DNA from: Camelus dromedarius
Lineage: Eukaryota
DNA length: 64,000 bases
NCBI RefSeq assembly: GCF_036321535.1
Contig: NC_087445.1
Coordinates: forward strand, 46,810,001-46,874,000
Direction: 5' to 3'
The notes beneath the pieces are model-generated. The model ran no database searches. It was not told the origin of the DNA and was given only the letters and a program-made list of their open reading frames with translations. The translations under genes were made by a program, and so were the position numbers. Below are positions 57,701 to 64,000 of this stretch, piece after piece (position 1 is the stretch's first letter; every line of letters starts with the position of its first letter).

Positions 57701-57976
57701 GCCGTGGTGTCGGGCTTGGCCAGAGGCCGCCAGCAGAAGTGTCTGCCGAACCCATGGCTGCCTTCTGTCTTCCATCCTGTGCCCTTCCCACCCGCAGGGT
57801 GGCGGGGCTGGGGCTGCACCGACAGTGCGGATGCGCTCACCTATGGATTCCAGCTGCTGTCCACACTACTGCTGTGCCTGAGCAACCTCATGTTTTTGCC
57901 ACCCGTGGTCCTGGCCATTCGGAGCCGATACGTGCTAGAAGCCGCTGTCTACACCTTCACCATGTTCTTCTCCACG
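39724..57976 (+). CDS. TMEM8B: Transmembrane protein 8B (NGX6; TMEM8/PGAP6/myomaker family), exons 1-10; 3' exons lie beyond the window
   Basis: Exons 39724-40261, 44534-44723, 45095-45302, 51323-51456, 51787-52055, 52663-52988, 56972-57065, 57224-~57347 (3' end masked, length inferred), 57457-57599, 57798-57976. EGF-like [35 protein letters not shown] and [24 protein letters not shown]. The next expected exon (FYHACDQPG..) was not found before 64000. Confidence 0.96.
40840..40925 (-). mobile_element. MIR core
   Basis: CCATTTTACAGATGGAGAAACTGAGGCTCAG...TTGCCCAAGGTCATACAGCTGGTCAGTGGCAG. Confidence 0.8.
42846..42860 (+). promoter_or_regulatory. Candidate CTCF site in TMEM8B intron 1
   Basis: CCAGCAGGGGGTGCA, two mismatches to consensus. 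Confidence 0.45.
48510..49190 (+). mobile_element. L2 fragment
   Basis: CTTGAAACAGTTTCTCCTCTTGGC...CCATGGTTTTAAATACCAC...TTGACATTTCC..TGGATG..CTCAGTAAATGGCACTGCCATTCACC. Confidence 0.65.
52710..52712 (+). other. TMEM8B: Internal ATG (MNMPQSLG) of the shorter TMEM8B/NGX6 isoforms
   Basis: GCTGCCATGA in exon 6, good Kozak context, in frame. Recalled as the start of the short human isoforms. Confidence 0.65.
53460..53600 (-). mobile_element. Ancient L1M 3' end fragment
   Basis: TTTTTTTAAATAAATAGACTTTATTTT..AGTTTTAGGCTTACAGAAAAACTGA...GTGTGGTACATTTGTT. Confidence 0.6.
55067..56073 (-). mobile_element. 5'-truncated lineage-specific L1 (~1 kb) with poly(A) tail and TSD
   Basis: Poly-T at ~55065-55077, L1 3' UTR and ORF2 end (minus frame [19 protein letters not shown]). 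11-bp TSD ACTTAGTGCTT at 55056-55066 and 56074-56084. Confidence 0.92.
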
Positions 57977-60627
57977 GTATGTGGCCTTCACCGAGTCCCT
58001 ATCCATGGTGGTGGGTGAGGGTCTACATTTCCACCGTGGTTTCCACGAGTTTGGGGATGTCTACACTTTCATAGTATGAGGATGGCTCCTCTAAACTGTG
58101 TCTTCTACAGCAGTACTTCCTGGTCATTTCATATATACATGGCATGCATAGAACATGGTAATTTTTGTAAGGCACTTGGGGTAAAGGAACTACACTGTTT
58201 GCGACTTAAGATAACAGCCACTGGAGACAGTATGGGTCTCCAGCTGTCCCCCACCCTGCCTGTCTACATTAAGGGCAGAGGGGACCTTTACCTCAACACA
58301 CTGGCTGAGAACCCCTGACCTACAATATGGAGTAGTGTGTACACATTCCCCCTGAAATGCTGCATCTAGGGATCTTTTCATCTCATCCCTGGGCTCTTGG
58401 CATCTTGTGATACATAGGGCCTGCCTATGAGCACTGCAAACATCTTAGGTGAATCCAGACTTTTTCTCATGTTTTAGTGACAAGGATGTCTTAAAAACTA
58501 ATACATGCCTCCCTGTTGTCCAGCATGAACAGATCAGACACATGTCCAAATTACAAATATCTACTTATCATCTAGGAGAAAGAGGGGGCAAATGTCCTGA
58601 GACTGAGGGTCATGTCCTAGGTCCTGGACGCTCCTCCACAGGTGAGGAAGAGTGGGCTGTACCATTCCATAGAGAGAGACCTTGGCCCCTTAAGCTTCAT
58701 GAGAACAGCACATCCCAATTTTGTTTCACCGGACCCTTTTTTAGACCTGCTCTGACAGTGCCTCATGCTATTTTATATTAGACACTGCTTCTCTTTTTTT
58801 GTTGCCAGACACCCTTTATACTGTTGCTCACCAAATCCTCTAGCAATAGCTGTTTCACCAGTGCCCTTTTGGTTATGTGCAGATCTGACATGGTTCACAG
58901 TTAGTAAGAATACCTAAGTGGGGTGAGCATGTCCATTCTCCTGCACTTCGCACAAGCATCCTGGGCATTGGCTCCAGAGTTTGGTACCAGATGACTCCTC
59001 ATCTTCGGGATTTGATGGCATATCAACCAGAAAAGACCTTCCCCTGGTAGGAATGCTGGGGGAGCCAAAAGTGCCTGGCACCACATACAGAGCTTCCACT
59101 TTCTTAAATGAGGCAATAAGCAAAGATCAAGGAAAAGATATTGGCTCTGAGGGGTTGCCTAAAGTCCTGCTCTAAGTCCTGTTCTTTTTCCACAAGGGCC
59201 AAAATGGAGAGCTGCTTGTGATTCAGTTTTCCCAGGGAGGTTCCCTGTTGTCCCTCTTTCCCATTCATTATTTAGTTTAGACTTATTTCATTCCTCCATA
59301 TCCTCCATCTAAAGGCCCATTGGTCATATCACAGGTATCAGTACCAGCACAGTAGATGACAGTCTTCCCTGTCTTCAAAACCTTGGAGTAGTGCGTCAGG
59401 TCCCATCCAGGGCCTGGTAGCTCTGTTCTTCAGGAGTTTAAAATGCAAAATGTAAATATGTAAAATATGTTAAGAAAAAAACAGGCCACAAACCCAGTAC
59501 TTGACTTTGTATCTAGCTGGACAGTTCAGATAACACTAACAGAAAAATAACATCTCCTGAGTACATGCTGTGTGTCAGACACTGCTCATCAACTCCCCCC
59601 AATAGCATTGTAATAATAGGTAGATATTATATTGTCATCATCCCTTTTTTGCAGATGAATTTAAATACTTTACCTAAGGTCTGAGTTGAGTGGTACAACC
59701 AAAATTCTCACTCAGCCTGCCTCCAGAGCCTCTCATGTAATCACTGAGCTGTAGTGTTCCCCTTGCACCAGGACAGTGAGTATGCATTGATACTTTTCTA
59801 AACTGACTTCAGTTTCTCAGAATTCTTGGAGTATACAGAGAAACTTATGACCTCGGTTTAGTAGTTCTCAAATTCTTAAAATGTAAGAAGAGCCATTCAA
59901 AAGATCAGAAAATATAACTAAACCAAATACAAGAAATCACAGGGAAAATAAAACAGGCATTGCACCTGAAACCCATATGGTTCAAGCCACATGTCCTGCA
60001 GGGCTACTTGAGTCCTCATAGTTGGATCCCAGAAGACCCAGACAGAGCTGACATCCTGGGGCCCCTGAAGCCCCCTAGCTGATCTCTGAGATCCTGGCTG
60101 CAAGTCTACCTCCTCGTTACCTCTTCTGTTTCTCATAGCATCATACAAGTAATACTCAATGGCCCTTGGCAAAATTCCATGACTGTTGCCAAGGGGAAAC
60201 AGAAGCAGAAAATAAGAAACAGCAATAGGTTTCTTTCTATCTTGAGTGCTAATGTTCCTGGATTGCCTGGATTGAGTATATTTGCATTTCTAGTTTTTAA
60301 TTCTGTACTGCCTGGATACTCTGTTTTGGAGCATTAGATGAACTGTGTAGTTATGTTATAAAAATATAAAATCCACAGGAAAAAAACAATTTAGGATAAT
60401 TTTCCAAAATTACCTTTTAAGTAAAAAAAAATGCAAAGCTGAGGAAAGTGTCAAATTAGATTAGATTACACTGATAGAAGCCAATTTGTAGTCTGAATTT
60501 CTCTTCTTAAATCCCCCAATATTTCTGTGTTATTTCTACCATTTCTTTTTAATTCTATTGACAATGGGAATACTAATCTAAAAATTAGTCCACAATTTTC
60601 AGTGAGACAATACTGCAACATATTTTT

Positions 60628-60679
60628 GTGTGTATATGTGTATATGTATGTATATATATATATATTTTTTTTTTTTTTT
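60628..60679. repeat. (TG/TA)n microsatellite followed by poly-T
   Basis: TGTGTATATGTGTATATGTATGTATATATATATATAT followed by a T run. Confidence 0.9.
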
Positions 60680-60789
60680 GCACGGGGGAAAGTTTATTGG
60701 TGTGGGGATATTCTTCCATGAGTATACATGGCATGAAGTGTAAGATGACTAAAACCTTACTGAGCACATACTGTGTGCCAAACAGACAG

Positions 60790-61290
60790 GAGAGTATTCC
60801 AGACACTCAGGGTAGAGTCTCCCAGGTGCCACTGCACATGACTCAGCCTTCAGTAGCCCATTCCGGAGTTCTGTTGAGCCAGTTGCTTCTAGGTTATGGA
60901 TAAATGGTTACTCCAGTGAAATCTATGATGGTGAGCAATTTGCTTTACCTTATTTACTATAAATTGTGTCTCCTGGTTAGAGATGGTGATGGATGGGGTG
61001 CCATGGCAATAGATAATGGATTCTGCTCCATGTATTAATAATAAAGCAGGCTGAAGCACTGTGGGTAGAAGAGACAGATATATACCTAGGATATATGATG
61101 ACAAGATGCTGTCTCCTCAGGGTTGAGAAGTTTCAATGAAGTAAGCTGCCACAAGTTGTTGGCTGGTTTCCCTAGTGAATCGTGCCCTGTGAGGGAGTCA
61201 GTGATGGACTTCACTGATGGCATTTTCAGACATTCAGCAGTGACAGTAGCCAGATCAGTACTGGTGAAGTGTAGATCATGTTGTTCACTT
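60790..61290 (-). mobile_element. ERVL (class III ERV) pol/integrase fossil in TMEM8B intron 10
   Basis: Minus-strand frameshifted fragments QHDLHFTSTDLATVTAECL, GTIH*GNQPTT, CHGTPSITISNQETQFIVNKVKQIAHHHRFHWSNHL, HNLEATGSTELRNGLLKAE and QWHLGDSTLSVWNTLL are collinear with the ERVL integrase as I recall it. Confidence 0.85.
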
Positions 61291-62212
61291 CACACGGTAA
61301 TTTTAATTGGACTCTACCCCTACATGTTTTCTACGACCTTAATCTCTCTGACCTCTTAGTGCACTTGGAGAATAATCAGTCATAGAATACTAGAGAGATG
61401 ATTTCCCCCTAATCTGCTTCAGAGCTGATTTCTCCATTTTTCCCTACTCTTTTTTTTCAGTGCAGGAATTCTTAGGAGGAAATCAGCCTTCAATTAATTA
61501 CTTTCTTAGATGTGTTTTCAATATTAAGTGATTCAGCTTTGCTTTTTTTCTGCTGGTATATATCCTCTCTTATTTGAGGTTGAAGGGTTTATTCCAGAAA
61601 TGTTTGGCCAATTCCTTCTATATGCTTGAAAGTCAGGCATATGGAACAAGTGCTTGGTGAAGCTGCAAAGTAAAATTAATACTTTGAAATAAAATTCAAA
61701 TCATAAAACGGTATTGGGTAATTCAGTGAGCTGTAGTACTTGTATCTGGTCTTGGAAGTAGAGTAGAAAAAGACCAAAATATTGATTTGTTTAGGAACCA
61801 AATTAGCTCCCAATTAATAACATATGAGAAAAAAAGAATTGGAAAATAAGCCTTTTTGGCATATTCAAGCATTAATTCTAATGCTGATGTGGACCCATAT
61901 GAAAAGTCAGAGTTTCCCAGTGAGAACTCATTTTCTCAATTTAATAATGCATAAGAGGGATCCATGTCCTCAGACTTGTAAACCCTCTCTAAAGCCTGGG
62001 ATACTCATTTAACACACAATCATTCCAAAACAGGCTCTTCCTGAAGGGACAACATGCTTTACCTCCGAAGCGAAGGAAAAGAAAGAAGATAGATACACAA
62101 GTTTAAGACCTGCAGTTTGAAATTTGAGGGAATTGAACCCAGGGTTTTGCAATTCCAGTTAATATCCCTAAGTTTTTTTAAAATTTCTTTTTCTAAACTC
62201 CTATCTTCTTAT

Positions 62213-62393
62213 ATAAAGCCCTTATATTATTATCTTATAGCCCTTATATTATATAACAGCTATATGTTATATAATACTAATAGTATTGTTTGTTATATAA
62301 TACTATTATATAATATAAGGGCTACAAGATAATAATACTAAAAGATTATATATTATGTAATAATAATTTTTATTATCTTATAGCTCTTATATT
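62213..62393. repeat. Palindromic AT-rich repeat
   Basis: 34-bp inverted arms 62225-62258 / 62304-62337 (2 mismatches), nested perfect 12-bp hairpin 62247-62276, direct copy at 62371-62393. Confidence 0.85.
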
Positions 62394-64000
62394 GTTCACC
62401 CTTTCTCCTCTGTTGGTTAAAGTTATAAATTTTGTAATTTGAATGACAGGTGCAATCTTCAACAGGTTGAAAAGAAACATTAGCGGTTTCTTCCTCATCC
62501 TTTGTCTCTTGAGACTGAACTTTTGAGTCTGTTTTTCCATTCTGTTGGGGAATTCTACTGGGGGCACCTCTGCATCTGGTCTGGATTCTGTCAGTTTTCA
62601 CAACAGACCTGCTTCCATTTCCCACTCGCTTTTTCTTAACGGCTCTGCTATGTGATTGAGATTGGAGTGTCATGGTTTGAGATACAGGTTCAGGATATAC
62701 TGCTCCTTTTCCCTGAACTCTGCTTCCTGACCTCACCGCCACCTTCTTGTTCTCAACTCTAACTTGTTCAAATAGGAGACTAGATTTCTTTCACTTCCAC
62801 TCTCCTCAGAAGTTACCGAGACCCTGTTGCTGTCAGTGAGTGAACAACTTGTGTTGCTCCACTGTCCCTGTCCTCAGCTGTGGACTGGATATCCCAACCA
62901 CACCCAGAGCTGTGCCTCTAGAGGCCTGGATACCTGTCTCACTGAAGTCTGTAAGGCCACCTCTCTTTTGGGCTGAGAGCCCTTGTGACTTAGGGTTGCC
63001 TTTTAATAGCATGATGAAGAAACTGATGTGGGCTGAAAGTAGTGACTAAAGGGCCCCACCAGTTAGTGATCAGGCCACTTCAGAGGCTACCTTTGGATGG
63101 TAAATGCTTAGCTTTCCTGCCCCAGCTTCAGTTCAGCCAAATGCATTTCAGCCCAATCCTGGCAATTACACAGGGTTGTCTCTCCTATCAAGAGATGCCC
63201 TCAGTAGCCATGGCTCCCTGAGCACTGGGGTACAGTGCAGGGGACAGAGGTCAAACAGATTGATTCACAGAATCTTAAGAAACTTTCTTGATCCCCTAAA
63301 ATCTGCTGGCATGTCTCAAGCTCAGCTCCGATGAGTAGATTTTGATCAAGTTTATGTAGGTCAAAACCTTTTCTTTTCCCATTACAGCTTTGAGAGTTTT
63401 CTTCTTAACCCTGCTTCCATCACCATAACAACCCATTCTTCCTGACATCTAGCAGGGATGCTGTCAGGAGATGGGAGGCGTGAGCGTGCCACTGTGATGC
63501 TTGATCTCGGACAGAGCTTTTTGTCTTCAGAGGTCCTACCCAGTTTCTTTTCTCTGGATGGGCTCATAAGGCACACGACACAGAGGGAGGCATGTTCCTG
63601 TCATCTTTGCCTCAAAGATATTCTTAAAACCATATATGGTCTTAGTGTTTGGCATCAATAAGTACTCAAATCACATAAATTATATACAGAAGTTTAGAGA
63701 AAGGTGACAGCAAATGTTCCAAGACAAAATGAACTTGAACTCAAGTTCTCCTTGGGAACCCTTTTCACAAATAAGGGGACACAGGCTGCCCGAGGCCGTG
63801 ATAGCATCGTTTAGAGAGGCACAGGAGTGGAGACCACAGACCCAAGGGCTGACAGGAGACCTTGGTTTCTTAACTGGGGTGCCCAGTATAGCTTGTTCCA
63901 GTTCTACTTGTGTCCCCTGCACCCCCTTTTAAGTTCCTCAGCACTCTGTTCTTTACTGTGTTTCCCATGGTGTAGAGTGGGTGAACACTGTCCCTTCCCC

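Noticed and set aside
56823-57791. 322-aa minus-strand ORF
   Set aside because: Antisense to TMEM8B exons 7-9 and inflated by the N-run.
60185-60200. X-box-like GTTGCCAAGGGGAAAC
   Set aside because: Spacer too long, and it lies in repeat-derived intronic sequence far from a promoter.

Overview
Mammalian genomic DNA, syntenic with human 9p13.3. The L1 3' UTR style and the absence of Alu/B1/PRE1/Bov-tA/Can-SINE suggest a camelid (inference). Gene order: NPR2 (+, 22 coding exons, CDS 6376-22143), SPAG8 (-, 7 exons, 22625-24718), HINT2 (-, 5 exons, 25616-27660), FAM221B (-, 6 coding exons, 30790/30722-37112) and TMEM8B (+, exons 1-10 from 39724, continuing past the window end). I traced exon boundaries base by base; splice sites and phases are consistent wherever the sequence is unmasked. 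Five N-runs hide parts of NPR2 exons 1, 9 and 11, TMEM8B exon 8 and an L1. I found no convincing wholly new biological system. The most notable signals are regulatory or isoform-level: ten co-oriented CCAAT boxes, six of nine gaps ~40 bp, at the HINT2 promoter; RFX X-boxes at SPAG8 and FAM221B; several FAM221B splice switches; an APE-to-SPE change in the NPR2 kinase-homology domain; a frame-broken TMEM8B intron-10 read-through tail; an ERVL integrase fossil; and an AT-rich palindrome. Comparisons with human proteins are from memory and need alignment to confirm.
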